Positions 20,762-32,655 of a DNA stretch of 64,000 nucleotides are shown here, piece after piece. The DNA is from an uncultured Nitrososphaerales archaeon. Its GTDB lineage: Archaea; Thermoproteota; Nitrososphaeria; Nitrososphaerales; Nitrososphaeraceae. A program made the translations under genes and the position numbers. The first letter of the stretch is position 1. Every line of letters begins with the position of its first letter. Below the pieces are notes generated by a model. The model made no database searches. It was given only the letters and a program-made list of their open reading frames with translations, and had not been told where the DNA came from. Where the stretch lies: contig CAVQMO010000010.1 in the NCBI GenBank assembly GCA_963713605.1, positions 1,066,676 to 1,130,675 on the forward strand. The letters run 5' to 3'.

Positions 20762-23590
20762 CTACTTTGGTTTATTAGTCATTCCAAAAGCCTCGGGTAA
20801 GTACATGTACTGTCTCTCTGCTTCGTATATACTTCTATACAATGTTGACTCATCGATGCTATTGCGAAGAACCCTAGCAGCAGTGTCTGCGCCGATACCA
20901 TGTCCTGATAAAACTGTAATTGCCTTCCTCCCGAAGTTATTTATTAGAGAAGCAATTTTCCATGCTCGATCAAACCTTCGGTTGTCATCGGCTGTGATCC
21001 TGACTCCTTTAAGCTTTTTTATAATTATACTAGGAAGTTCAAGATCCGAAACATAAGTTGCGGTAATTAGGCGGGAACTGCATTTCTTACAATGAATTTG
21101 GTCAGGTACATCCTTCGTTTCAAATACTCTTTCCCACTCTCCGCAACGAATACAGATTAATCGGTGTTTAGCCCTTAGGAGTCTTTCTTTAACGAGCTCA
21201 ATGATCCCAGTTTCTAAACTCAGCGGTGCAGCAGAAAATCTTTGATAGCGTTCCACTGTAGGCTTGGCTAAGTCAGTAAATTCTTCAACTTCGACCCATT
21301 GAAGCCTAATCAAGTCATTTGCATATCCTTGAAGAATCCTATTCGTAGTAAGCACATCGTATTTTTCATGGACGAGTTCTCGTATTGCTTCAGCACTAAC
21401 AGGGGTCTTCATATACCTATCATACAGCAATCTGGCTATTTTCTTGTCGTATACTGACTCTTTCGATACAATACCAAACCTCCTCCCTACTGTCCATACC
21501 TTCCAATTCATAACATAGGTACCAGAGAATGAAGCAATCAGTATAGGTTCGCAGTCGACTAATTCATTGAATATCCGTTCAATGTGAGCTTTTCCTATTT
21601 TTGCAGCAGCCGATGTAAGCAAAATCCTGTAAGCGTCAGATCTGCTTTCGATTATATATCCCAGTTGAGAAGAAAGGAGCGTAGAGAGAACCGATGCAAA
21701 GGTGTTGTTCACTTTTGTTCCAAACGGCATATGCAAAATCAATGCATTATTCTTTCGGCTACTTTCAATCAAAATCAGCTTCGAACCAGGTAGCTCCTTC
21801 AAGAAGACCAAACTGTTTTTGACAGTTTCTCCACTGAAGAATTCATCAGAATTAGCACTGCGTCGTCGGCTTTCGGCTACCCTGACAGCTGTTAAATAAT
21901 CTACTGGGATCGTTTCTCCTGCCCAATATGGCACATTCATAGTGACCCCCCGCAGAGGCTCAACATTAACTACTAATCGTTTTTCATCAATTGAGACAAT
22001 TTTCCATTGCAAACCCTTTAAAACAAAAACGTTTCCCCTTTCTCCATAATCTCCAACAAATTGTTGGTCCAACATCCCTATTTTTCTTTTAGCGACAATA
22101 TCTATGACCTCGAATTTCTGAACAAAAGGTATCATTGAAAGATTATTGAAATAATACTTGTAGGATCTGAGCGTATATCTATATGAGTTTTCTGCGATGT
22201 CTATTCTTATTAATCCAACATCAGCAAGGATCTTGAGCGACATCATCAAATCCGATATCTGAAGGTTTCGAAAAGGATACGACTTTCTGATGAGTTGAAA
22301 TGCCTCACTCATAGGGATAGATCTCCTTGCTTGCAAAGAGATACCTACCAAATGGTGAGCCATTACATCAAATGGCAACTGATGTATTACTTGCTCCTCC
22401 ATTTCCCCCTTCCTCGTTCGATATAATATGGCATGGGCTTCAAGTTCATCATCATGGGAACTGGTAATAATTAGTCCCTTTGCGGACCTTCGATTATTAT
22501 GTCTACTTCGACCAATCCTTTGAACAAGTTTTGATATCTGTCTTGGGGATCCATAATGGATGACCAGATCAACTGAACCAATATCCAATCCCAATTCCAG
22601 AGATGATGTGCAAACGACTAGTCCAGCAGAACCTTCACGCAATTTCTTCTCTGTTTCCTCCCGACTGGTCTTCGAAAGGGAACCGTGGTGAACATCGACC
22701 CCGAACCTGGCACGCGATTTTAGGATTGTTCCTATATATTCTGCTTCATCTCTAGTGTTAGTAAAGACCAAGATCGATTTTCCTTCGTGTATCATGGGAT
22801 CAACATATGTAAGAATCAGCTGACACACGTCGTTTATAGATCCGTTAATGTATTTGATGTCTATATCATATTCTCTCAATGACTTATCCATCAATACTGC
22901 GATGTCCCTACCAGAGCCAGCCACGAACTTCCCCGCTTCACGCGGATCTGCCACGCTTGCAGAAAGGCCTATTCTGGATGGTCTATTCCTGGCAACCTTT
23001 TCCAATCGTTCTAGACTCACCGATAGATGAGATCCCCTTTCGTTAGGAAGTAGCTCATGGACTTCATCAACAATGACCCACTCTACCGATGCTAAATGTC
23101 CAATGAGTATGCTATTTGTTAGAATGTTCCCGAGAGTCTCAGGAGTAGTTATCAATACATCAGGAGGATCGTTGGACATCTTTTTCTTTTTAATTGCACT
23201 TGTATCTCCGTGTCTTATCTCTAAGCGCAAGCCCAGGTGGTTCGCGTATTTCTCAATTCTTCTAAAGACGTCATTGTTTAACGACCGGAGTGGAGTAATA
23301 TACAAAGCCCTAATCCCTTTAGACTTTTCAACATTCGAATCCCTGATCATAGTTAACACCGGCAGGATCGCTGCTTCAGTTTTACCCGAACCAGTTGGTG
23401 CAATAAGTATCGAATCTATTTTTCTACAAATTACTGGTAGAGATCTGGCTTGAATATTTGTAAGATTTGTGAAGCCCTGGTTCAGAAAAAATTCTCTTGT
23501 GTTAGCCTCAATTCCCAAGCATCTACGACCCGATGTCGGAACTCTTCCTTGAGTTTCTTGTTGAATGCTGTCGTGCGTCAGACTTTTCAT
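20762..23590 (-). CDS. lhr: Lhr-like SF2 ATP-dependent helicase
   Basis: APTGSGKT, ITPLRSL, DEVH, GLSAS, HHGSLS, SLELGLDIG, QRIGRS; C-terminal Zn finger. Confidence 0.92.
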   Translation of the reverse strand: MKSLTHDSIQQETQGRVPTSGRRCLGIEANTREFFLNQGFTNLTNIQARSLPVICRKIDSILIAPTGSGKTEAAILPVLTMIRDSNVEKSKGIRALYITPLRSLNNDVFRRIEKYANHLGLRLEIRHGDTSAIKKKKMSNDPPDVLITTPETLGNILTNSILIGHLASVEWVIVDEVHELLPNERGSHLSVSLERLEKVARNRPSRIGLSASVADPREAGKFVAGSGRDIAVLMDKSLREYDIDIKYINGSINDVCQLILTYVDPMIHEGKSILVFTNTRDEAEYIGTILKSRARFGVDVHHGSLSKTSREETEKKLREGSAGLVVCTSSLELGLDIGSVDLVIHYGSPRQISKLVQRIGRSRHNNRRSAKGLIITSSHDDELEAHAILYRTRKGEMEEQVIHQLPFDVMAHHLVGISLQARRSIPMSEAFQLIRKSYPFRNLQISDLMMSLKILADVGLIRIDIAENSYRYTLRSYKYYFNNLSMIPFVQKFEVIDIVAKRKIGMLDQQFVGDYGERGNVFVLKGLQWKIVSIDEKRLVVNVEPLRGVTMNVPYWAGETIPVDYLTAVRVAESRRRSANSDEFFSGETVKNSLVFLKELPGSKLILIESSRKNNALILHMPFGTKVNNTFASVLSTLLSSQLGYIIESRSDAYRILLTSAAAKIGKAHIERIFNELVDCEPILIASFSGTYVMNWKVWTVGRRFGIVSKESVYDKKIARLLYDRYMKTPVSAEAIRELVHEKYDVLTTNRILQGYANDLIRLQWVEVEEFTDLAKPTVERYQRFSAAPLSLETGIIELVKERLLRAKHRLICIRCGEWERVFETKDVPDQIHCKKCSSRLITATYVSDLELPSIIIKKLKGVRITADDNRRFDRAWKIASLINNFGRKAITVLSGHGIGADTAARVLRNSIDESTLYRSIYEAERQYMYLPEAFGMTNKPK

Positions 23591-23736
23591 AGACTAGTAT
23601 CCCAATTATGCCTAGCACGAATAACGAAACTGCTATCCAGGCATACGAGTCGAAATTTGATATTGCTTCTACAGTCATTCAATATCGAGATTCCGATCCT
23701 CCAATATAATCGTTGGTCACGCACATGCAGAATGAG

Positions 23737-24143
23737 TTATTTTTCTTCGATTTCATTTTCTATGTACAATGCAAAATCACGAGAGCTCAAGATTCCGAGA
23801 GGCTTATTTGGTTCATCAGTATTCACGACCAAAAGATGTCTAACATTATTCTGTTTCATCACATCTGCTCGCAGCTTCAACTGGAGAATATGGATCAATT
23901 GTAACGATAGGAGTAGACATTAGGTCTTGGACAAGGATACTATTGCAAGGAACATCTTCAATACATGAACTCCTTACCAGGTCTCTATGCGTAACAATTC
24001 CTACTGGAGTCTCATTCGAATCCAAAACAACTAATGCAGAGGCACTGTCCTGGTCCATTTTCAGGGCCGCCTCCTGTGCTGTACTGGTTTGAAGTATATA
24101 CGACAATTTCAGCTGTCATAAATTTTCCTATAGAATTTTTCAT
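23737..24143 (-). CDS. CBS-domain protein (two frameshifts)
   Basis: MKNSIGKFMTAEIV...PVGIVTHRDLV...LMSTPIVTID...ADVMKQNNVRHLLV...LGILSSRD. Confidence 0.8.
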
Positions 24144-24274
24144 GTCCTATATTCTGGTTTCCATCCTATAAACGATATACCTAGTTTACACAGTACACGT
24201 CAATAGAGCCATCCCTGTTCAAATCCAGTTGGGGCAAACGATATAATACCTAGACCTAAGATTCATCATTATCA

Positions 24275-25324
24275 ATGTCATCTTCATCTGAAACAAAACC
24301 CTCTAACTTAAAGAAACGAAAGGCAGTTGTGCTACTGTCAGGGGGGCTAGATAGTAATCTCTCCACAAGACTGGTACTGGATCAGGAAATTGAAGTGGAG
24401 GCTGTTGCAGTAAAAACTCCATTCTGTGATTTTGATTGTGGAAAGGGATGCGGCCACAGAGTAAAGGAGGTTGCAGACTCATTGGGGATTAGATTAAAAA
24501 CGGTTTATTTTGGAGATGAATATCTTGCAATGCTCAAGAATCCGAAACATGGTTTTGGATCGGGTATGAATCCATGCATCGACTGTAGGGCGATGATGTA
24601 CAAGGCTGCGAAAGAGCATATGGAGGACATCGGAGCTTCGGTACTTGGTGACAGGAGAAGTATTGTCCCAGAGACCTATGAGCCAACACCATCACGCTCT
24701 CAGAACAATTGAGGAAGAATCCAACTTGGTCGGCAAAGTAATTAGGCCTCTTTCAGCAGGAAAGCTCCTCCTTCCAATGCAGAAGAATTAGGTTTTATTG
24801 ATAGAAGCAAGCTGCGTTCTATCTCAGGCAGATCTCGAAAAGAACAATTGGCATTGGCTAAGGAGTTTGGAATTCAAGACCCTCCAAATTCTGCAGGTGG
24901 GTGTCTTCTTACCGATCCCTGCTTCTCAAAGCGGGTTTATGATCTTTTTGACCATACTGATGGAATTCCGACCCTTAACGACGTCGAACTTCTCAAAGTG
25001 GGAAGGCATTTCAGATTATCGACTGATGCCAAGCTTATAGTTGGTAGAAACCAGAGGGAAAATGAAATCATGAAATTTCTCTGTCTCGACGACGACTACT
25101 CTCTTGAGGCTATTGAGTTTACTGGGCCATTAGGGATATTAAGAATTAAAAAAGATTCTGATGTTAGGAACGATCTAATGCCAATTGCGGGAGGAATTGT
25201 GGGACGGTACAGCGATGCCCCAAGAGGTCATATCGTGAAGTTGACCCTTATCAATCAGCAAAAAGAGTCAAGGATAGATTGTCAAATGTTGGATAATTCT
25301 GTAGTAAGAAAATTAAGTATATGA
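24275..25324 (+). CDS. ThiI/MnmA-like tRNA sulfurtransferase (frameshifted)
   Basis: LLSGGLDS PP-loop, NPCIDCR, TGEV..QRPMSQ, AGGCLLTD, GRHFR..LIVGRN. Confidence 0.85.
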
Positions 25325-25408
25325 TCTAACCTTACGGGTCAATATCTTTTGACCAGAATGACTATTTGATTATTTCTGAAATTCATTCAATGGATAAGAG
25401 ATAATTTA

Positions 25409-25687
25409 ATGCTAGCGCATGAGCCACAGGTTTATTTGAAAGCGATAACTCTTCGCGATCCTACTGAAGTTCAGTTGATTAAAGAAGACTTGGAGAAACA
25501 GATGATCGTGATCATTAGGGTCACACCACTCACTCAAAAGAGCGTCGACGAGTTACGAAGGGTCATCGACGATCTATACAAATTTGTTCAATCCGCAGGC
25601 GGAGATATAGCAAGATTGGGTGAAGAACGGGTCGTAATTACTCCGTCAAAAGTAAAAATTTGGAGGGGTTCTTCCGGACTTACCTAG
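25409..25687 (+). CDS. sepF: SepF-like protein
   Basis: IVIIRVTPL...GGDIARLGEERVVITPSKVKI. Confidence 0.8.
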   Translation: MLAHEPQVYLKAITLRDPTEVQLIKEDLEKQMIVIIRVTPLTQKSVDELRRVIDDLYKFVQSAGGDIARLGEERVVITPSKVKIWRGSSGLT

Positions 25688-25780
25688 TAATTTAGAATCG
25701 AGAACAACAATTAATTCACTTTGGAGTTAAAATAGTATTTTAATATAAAGCGATGCGAAAAGCATTTGCAATTGAAGCTT

Positions 25781-27656
25781 TCATATTAGTTTCACTGCCT
25801 CTTCTACTAGAGGATGCTGTGTGTGAATCCTGAGAATCCGATTAATCGATCCAGCCAGGTTCTGAGCTTTATTCTTATCTCCGTGGTTTACAATAACCTT
25901 CCTTAGCTTTTGCTTCATTCTTTTTACATATGCCAGGATCTGCCCATAATCTGAGTGATTTGTAAAATCTGTAAAGCTCTCTACTCTACATTCAATACTA
26001 AACCTCTTTCCTTCGATCATTAAATCCTTTTTACCTTCTATTAAATTACGGGCTGGAGTGTTTAAAAAGGGCTGGGACGTTAAGATAACGGCGCTCAGAG
26101 GATCATCGCACATCTGCTGGAGATAATCGACAGACGGGCCATGAGTTAGCATTGACGAAGGTGAGATTATCAGATGTGAGCCTTTCCTAAGTTTCTTAGA
26201 TTCAATAATCTGAGAATTTGGTGGCCAGAACATGTTTACAGAATAACCATCAATTTCCTGCTTGATTTCCTTTGAAAGATATTCCATATAGGTCTCGTAA
26301 ATCGAACTTGCCTCACCTATCGTTTTCTCAATGCAAATTCTTGCAGAAAGCGAACCCGCCTTAACAAAATTGCTCAAAGTCAAAATCAGTTCTTGAGATT
26401 GTCCTAAAATAGGAACGGGAAAAAGCAGATTCCCACCTCGGGATAAGCGAGCTGTTGATCAGTTCGAGTAGTTTTTGATTCATTTCTTCACTTGATTGAA
26501 GGATGTCTTCTTTACCTCCCAAAGTAGATTCGACTATGAGTGTCTCTACACGTTGGAAATTCCAATAGGCGTTTTCAAGCGCCAATGATCTACCAAATTT
26601 AAAATCTCCTGTATATAGTAGGTTATGGTCACCATTTCCAAAATGCAGATGAGTGACCGATGATCCCAAAATATGACCTGCGTTCGCAAGGGTTAGCCTA
26701 ACATCAGGAGTAATATCTGTGACCACCGCATAAGGTAATGGTATCATATGACTAATGACGTCCTCGATCTCACTTGAAATGGAATTCATAAAGCCCAGCT
26801 CTTTCATTGATTGCAGGCTACCTTTAAGTAGCAAATACGTCAAAGGAATGGTAGGTTCAGAGCAGTAAATTGGGCCCTTGTAACCATGCTTGAGCAGCAT
26901 TGGCAGGAAACCTGAGTGATCTAAATGGGCGTGACTCAATAGCACACAATCAATATCGTCTATACTAAGGCCAGTAATGTCAAACCTGGGTGCGAAAGTC
27001 GCAATGCCATTGGCAAATGAATTGAAACCACAATCAAGAAGGACGTTACTCTCATTGGTGGTCACTAAAATGCAAGATCTACCTATCTCATTAAATCCAC
27101 CCAACAAAACTAGGCTAACTTCAGTTCTTTCATTTAGTCTTGGACGAAAGATCTTTTCACCTACTTCTTTATAGAATCGAATTCGGTCATTGGCCCTTCG
27201 AACCATAATAGCGTTAACCTGTTCCAACAATTCAGTATCCTTTGGTGAACGTCTGATGATGAACTTCCATCCAGTTTTTTCAGCTAATATTGCGTTGTCT
27301 TGATCGTTTATCAAATATTCTCTTGTTAAATCTTCGACCAAAGCTGTGACTTCTCCAACTGCAGGATCAAATAGTAATTTTGAAACCTTATAACCACTAG
27401 GAAGTGTCGTTCGTAACACGTCAGCGCATTCTGCCTCTGATCTCCTGATGGACTCATCAGTTCGAACGACAATCCTTTTTTTTACCGTATTAACCATATT
27501 TGAAACGATGTTACTGTTTAGGATAAAATATGCAGGATTAGTAGAGAACAAAGCGATTCTTGGTCCCTCGTATTCTATTCGCGTGAGCCCAGATTCTGAA
27601 GGTAATGTATTCAATATTTTCACCATTAAATTCTGTCCGGTCTGTTCGCGAATCAT
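25781..27656 (-). CDS. KH + beta-CASP metallo-beta-lactamase ribonuclease (aCPSF1-like; frameshift near 26430)
   Basis: RIEYEGP, LGGFNEIGRSC, SHAHLDHSG, AGHILGS, YTGDFK, HSD, VNHGD. Confidence 0.88.
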
Positions 27657-28365
27657 AGGCTAAGATCGTTCTCAACCTATGCATATATATATGCTTGACG
27701 TTAAACGCTTCGGAACAATACAATAACAGCCATTAACAAGCAGAAGTATGTCCGATTATGGACAGACTTGCATTTGCATCGGGATTAATTTTATTTCCCT
27801 TCGACCAATGTAGATAAGTATAGATACTTATCAAAGTCACTGCATAAATGTAGACGTTACAAATAGTAGAAAATATCCACTAAAGGAATCAAGCTTCTGG
27901 GGATAGTTGCTAACATTACATTGGATTCTTCAAAGCCAATGGATATGAAGACATGTCACCAGGATCTACTTTACATACAAACATTACAAGTTCAGATTCA
28001 TAATCTGAAGATTTTGTGAAATAATTATTCAATAGTAATGGCAAAGTTGAATTCAGCAAATTCAGAGGTTAGTTCAAATTACGTTTTGAATAATCTACAG
28101 ATGGATCTGATCCTTTAATACAATAACAATCTTCGACTGGGGAACATAATTCTTAGAAATCAATTAGGATCTAATCGATTTGTCAGGCAGCGATATTTGG
28201 AGGTTGAATTCCAAATCATTTTCCCTGCCATAAAACTACTCCGGCTCAAAATTATTAAACGGAGGAAATTTCAGAGCCTAATGATAATTCGACACATCCA
28301 AATTGTCCAGATACGGTTATAGATAGGATCAACTGATGGTAAGGTAGCTTTGTGGTAGCTTACCT

Positions 28366-29430
28366 TTGACCCAGGAATCGCATTTGATGGAGTTGCCGAG
28401 AAAGATATTGATAGGATCAACTGTTATTGTGGGATTGGGTAATTTCATTCAGCAGCTTGACCACTCTTTTTCAAGAGTAGCATTTATCAGCGGTGAGACT
28501 GTGAAAGAGAGGACCCAAATAAGTTCCCAAAAATCCATGAGAGATGCAGGGTTAAACGAATACAAATGGTTTGTAGCCGCTGACGCTAATGTTAATGAAG
28601 CAGGAAAATTGGCTAGAGCACTTAAAGGGTACGACCCTGACGTAATAATTGGACAAGGAGGAGGGCGTTCCGTCGACCTCGCCAAGATGACAGCATATAG
28701 TTTGGGTAAGTCTTTCATAAGCGTCCCTACTTCTGCTTCGCATGATGGGATATCAAGTCCTTTTGTTTCAATGAGGGGATCAGACAAGCCATATTCGATA
28801 AAGGCAAAAACTCCTATTGGCGTATTGGCAGATGTGGAACTGATGTCAAAAGCTCCACCTCGCTTGATGATAAGCGGATGTGGAGACCTCGTTGGTAAGA
28901 TAACAGCTGTCAAAGATTGGGAACTTGCTAGAGACGAAGTAAATGAATACTATGGAACATATGCTGCGAATCTTGCATACTTAAGTGCAAAAATAATTCT
29001 CGACGAGGGTTACAATCTTGTGAAAGATAATTTGTATGGATTAAGAACAGTGGTAGAGGCGCTAATAAGCGCAGGGGTAGCGTCCTGCATTGCAGGGAGC
29101 AGCAGACCCTGCTCTGGCTCGGAACATCTTTTTAGTCACGCAGTCGAATATGTGGCAGGTAAGAATTCTGGACTTCACGGAGAACGAGTCGGCATTGGAA
29201 CAATCATGATGGCCAAGTTACATGGGTTAGATTGGGAAAAGATAGTCGAGACTTTAGCTTTATTTGGTGCCCCAACAAGAGGAAAGCAGATCAATTTGAC
29301 TGAAGATGAAGTGGTGCAATCGCTGGTTTTAGCAAGTTCTTTACGACCTGAAAGATACACGATTCTCAATAGAGAAAAATTAGACAAAGGTAAGGCAGCT
29401 AGTCTTGCAAAAGCGGTAAAAGTGGTCTGA
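28366..29430 (+). CDS. egsA: sn-glycerol-1-phosphate dehydrogenase
   Basis: GGGRSVDLAK, VPTSASHDGISSP, SSRPCSGSEHLFSHA, LHGERVG. Confidence 0.95.
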   Translation: MTQESHLMELPRKILIGSTVIVGLGNFIQQLDHSFSRVAFISGETVKERTQISSQKSMRDAGLNEYKWFVAADANVNEAGKLARALKGYDPDVIIGQGGGRSVDLAKMTAYSLGKSFISVPTSASHDGISSPFVSMRGSDKPYSIKAKTPIGVLADVELMSKAPPRLMISGCGDLVGKITAVKDWELARDEVNEYYGTYAANLAYLSAKIILDEGYNLVKDNLYGLRTVVEALISAGVASCIAGSSRPCSGSEHLFSHAVEYVAGKNSGLHGERVGIGTIMMAKLHGLDWEKIVETLALFGAPTRGKQINLTEDEVVQSLVLASSLRPERYTILNREKLDKGKAASLAKAVKVV

Positions 29431-29472
29431 GCCGTTGAAGACAAGTAGCTTATACTAAAGGTAGGTAATCTT

Positions 29473-30274
29473 TTAATTGCTTCCTTGCTCTTCTACTTTC
29501 TTGCTTCCTTGCTCTTCTACTTTCTTGCTTCCTTGCTCTTCTACTTTCTTGCTTCCTTGCTCTTCAATATTGTTGTCCTTTTGAGCATTCTCTCTACTGA
29601 CATATTCTTCAATGAATCTGACTGATGTTATTGAAGGTAACGTACTTAAAAATTTCATTTGAAACCGCTCCTTTTATGATTTGTATTCCGTCCAATAGAA
29701 AAGTTTCCTCTGGTAGGATCAGTTCAAGAATCGGATCTTTCATTTCGAATTTGATCTTATCTTCTTTTAGCGGTATCCACCTTCTAGTCAATGACTTTAC
29801 TTTATCTTCGTCCGTTTGAATTTTCTTTACCACATTGACACTGTAGAGTATAACTCTACCGGCATACCTATGATTGAAATCTAGTTGAACTCTGCCTGAA
29901 CCTACATACCTGACTATGCCCTTTCGTTTTTCTATTTCGATTTCGTCACCAATAGAGACCTCATCTGCCTTGTCACCAAGCTTCCTTTGAGGAATCATTC
30001 GGATTTTACTAGGATCTCTTTCGCCAAAGCCCTTATCTGGCGAAATTTCCACATCCATCTTATCACCTTCGTTTGCTGTGGATAGAGCTTCGTCCAGTCC
30101 CTTCAAGACCCAACCCTCCCCCACCGAGATTAATTTCGGTTCATATTTGTGGGAAGGATCGTGTGTGCCCGATTTTTTGGCATCTTCTTCAATGGTGGTT
30201 TCTATTATATTATCAGTATCCTTAATCTTGGCTGTGTAATCTAAGAGTATGAGCGAACCTTTCTCTAAGGGCAT
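29473..30274 (-). CDS. Long-type FKBP peptidyl-prolyl isomerase (SlyD-like; frameshift near 29615)
   Basis: LLDYT, VGEGWVLKGLDEAL, PDKGFGERD, LDFNHRYAG; tail of EEQGSKKV repeats. Confidence 0.88.
29478..29566. repeat. 24-bp tandem repeat (about 3.7 units) encoding EEQGSKKV
   Basis: TTGCTTCCTTGCTCTTCTACTTTC repeated. Confidence 0.9.
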
Positions 30275-30333
30275 ACATGTCGCTATCGAAGTACCATATA
30301 TTAAGTTTGAGTGTTCCTTACAAGAGATTGCCT

Positions 30334-31473
30334 TCAAACATTCAAGGCTTTCATCGCGACAGGTATGGCTTCAGATTTCGTTTGAATACCCATCATTTTC
30401 AAAGCTGACACGATAGCCGACAAAGTTCTAATTACATGATAGCGATCTACCTCACCCATTGAGCCTATCCTAAAAACCTTTCCTTTCAACTCGCCGAAAC
30501 CGCCTGCAATCAGAACTCGGAAATGTTCGCCAAGGATTTTTCTGAAAGTCTTGTCTTCGATGCCAGGTATGTAATTAAAGGCTATCACTACGTTACTCCT
30601 TGCTTCTGGATGGGCGAAAGGAGTGAACCCTATCTCACTCAGACCGGTGTAGAATGCATTGGCACATTTCCTATGGCGCTCAACTCTCTTTTCTAGTCCC
30701 TCTTCCAATACCATCTCCAAAGCTTCTCTGTATGCGAACAATAGCGGTAACGCAGGAGTGAAGGGAGTTTCACCATTGTCTCCGAAATATTTGAAATATC
30801 TTTTTAAGTTAAAGTATTGGGTTGGAGGCGGGCTTTCGATCATCTGTTTCTTTGCCCTGGCGCTAATGGATATAGGGGCAACACCTGGTGGTGCGGCGAG
30901 TGCCTTCTGGGAGGCGGTCATACACACATCTATTCCCCATTTGTCAACCGGAAGTTCGTCTCCTCCTAAAATAGACACCGCGTCTACAATGAAAAGGGAC
31001 CCATACTTCGAACAAAGTTCTCCAAGCTTTTCTAGATATCTTAAGGTTGTTCCAGTTGAAGTCTCATTATAAACCGCATAGAGTGCTTTTATGTCCTTAT
31101 TTGCTTCAAATGCACCCTCTAATTGTTCAAGAGGCGGATTCTCTCCAAATTTCGAATTTATCCGAATGGGATTGCCGCCCCAACTTTCAATGAGATCAGC
31201 CAATCTACCTCCAAATTCCCCATTGACAGGAATCACGATATTATCACCCTTCTTAACTAGATTGACAACTGATGCTTCTACTGCGCCTGTGCCTGAAGCA
31301 GTTAAGACGACTACATCATTAGAGGTCTGAAAAACGCGCTGGGTTTTATCTACTACGTCTCGGTAGAGGCTTCGAAAGTCGTCGCTTCTATGATTAATTA
31401 TTGGGGAAAGCATAGCGTTCATCACTCTGCCTGGCACATTTGTGGGCCCAGGAAGCATTACCAGATATTCCAT
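30334..31473 (-). CDS. Class V PLP aminotransferase (serine-pyruvate/alanine-glyoxylate type)
   Basis: MLPGPTNVP, NETSTG, VDAVS, ASQKALAAPPG, TPFTP, FRIGSMG. Confidence 0.92.
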   Translation of the reverse strand: MEYLVMLPGPTNVPGRVMNAMLSPIINHRSDDFRSLYRDVVDKTQRVFQTSNDVVVLTASGTGAVEASVVNLVKKGDNIVIPVNGEFGGRLADLIESWGGNPIRINSKFGENPPLEQLEGAFEANKDIKALYAVYNETSTGTTLRYLEKLGELCSKYGSLFIVDAVSILGGDELPVDKWGIDVCMTASQKALAAPPGVAPISISARAKKQMIESPPPTQYFNLKRYFKYFGDNGETPFTPALPLLFAYREALEMVLEEGLEKRVERHRKCANAFYTGLSEIGFTPFAHPEARSNVVIAFNYIPGIEDKTFRKILGEHFRVLIAGGFGELKGKVFRIGSMGEVDRYHVIRTLSAIVSALKMMGIQTKSEAIPVAMKALNV

Positions 31474-31562
31474 TTAGGTCTCAATACCGTGGAACATCAT
31501 CCGTTATTTATACAATTACGTTTATTACCTAATTGCCTATTGAGGTATGTAACAATATAACC

Positions 31563-32655
31563 ATGCATATCAAGGAACATAGGAAGCGAGTATTGGATTA
31601 CGCGGAGAAGATTAATTGTAGTACAGTGGTATCATTTAATCCAGAAGACACATACTATCTAACAGGTTTTTGGGGAGAGTCAGTAAGCATTTGTACTGAT
31701 GAAAGCACCAAGATTATTACTCCTGCTCTTGAGACGGATAGAGCCCAAGAAGCCGCTCTTTCATGTGAGGTAATATCTGCAGAAAGAGGAAAAGACATGC
31801 TTTTACGCGTAATAGACGAATTAGCAGGGAAATCCGTGTGTACAGATACGTACCAATTTTCATACTATTAAGATGATGGCTGAAAAACTTGGTGAAAGAA
31901 ATGTAAAAGTGAATAACAAACCCTTTACCATGAGTCGAATCATAAAGGATCTTGATGAACAGGAATATATCACTAAGGCTGCAAAAATTGTTGACCGCTT
32001 GTTCGATTTAAGCGCTGAACAAATTAGAGTGAATAGAACAGAAATTGAATTAATGGCATTGCTTGTTTCTGAAACTTATCTTCTTGGAGGAACAATAGTC
32101 TCATATAAGAGTACTCGATATCCGTTTATTATCGCTGGTGGCCCTAACGCAGCCTTTCCTCATTCTGAGATCACCACACGACCATTTTCAATGGGGGATA
32201 CGGTAATTGTTGATTTGGTAGTTCAATATAGGGGGTACGTGGCAGACGCTACACGGACATTTGTTATTGGTCGTGTGACTGACGAAATAAAACAAATCTA
32301 TGAATGTGTAAAGGATGCACAACAAGTCGGTTTGGACTCGCTGCGCTCAGCCGTAGATTTCGGGCATGTCGATCTGGCCTGCAGAAATCTAATTATTGAT
32401 AGAGGATATGGAAGTAAATTCGTACACTCCACAGGCCACGGAATAGGATTGGAAGTGCATGAATCGCCCTGGATCAGCAAAACTGGAAAAGAGAAGGTAA
32501 GGCCAGGGATGTGTGTCACGATTGAACCAGGTGTATATATAAATGGAAGGTTTGGCGTGCGAATTGAGGACAGCGTCATAATCAAAACTGCGAACGGCAA
32601 AGATAACAGTCCCAAAATCAGAAACACGATCTCTAATCTAAATCAGCTTTCCTAA
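31563..32655 (+). CDS. pepQ: Xaa-Pro aminopeptidase, M24B (frameshift near 31860)
   Basis: YYLTGF, PH, DATRT, HSTGHGIGLEVHE, TIEPGVY, GVRIED. Confidence 0.88.

Noticed and set aside
27660..28365. Long AT-rich spacer with a 14-bp duplicate of the egsA start (GATAGGATCAACTG)
   Set aside because: No ORF or structure found; the short match may be chance.
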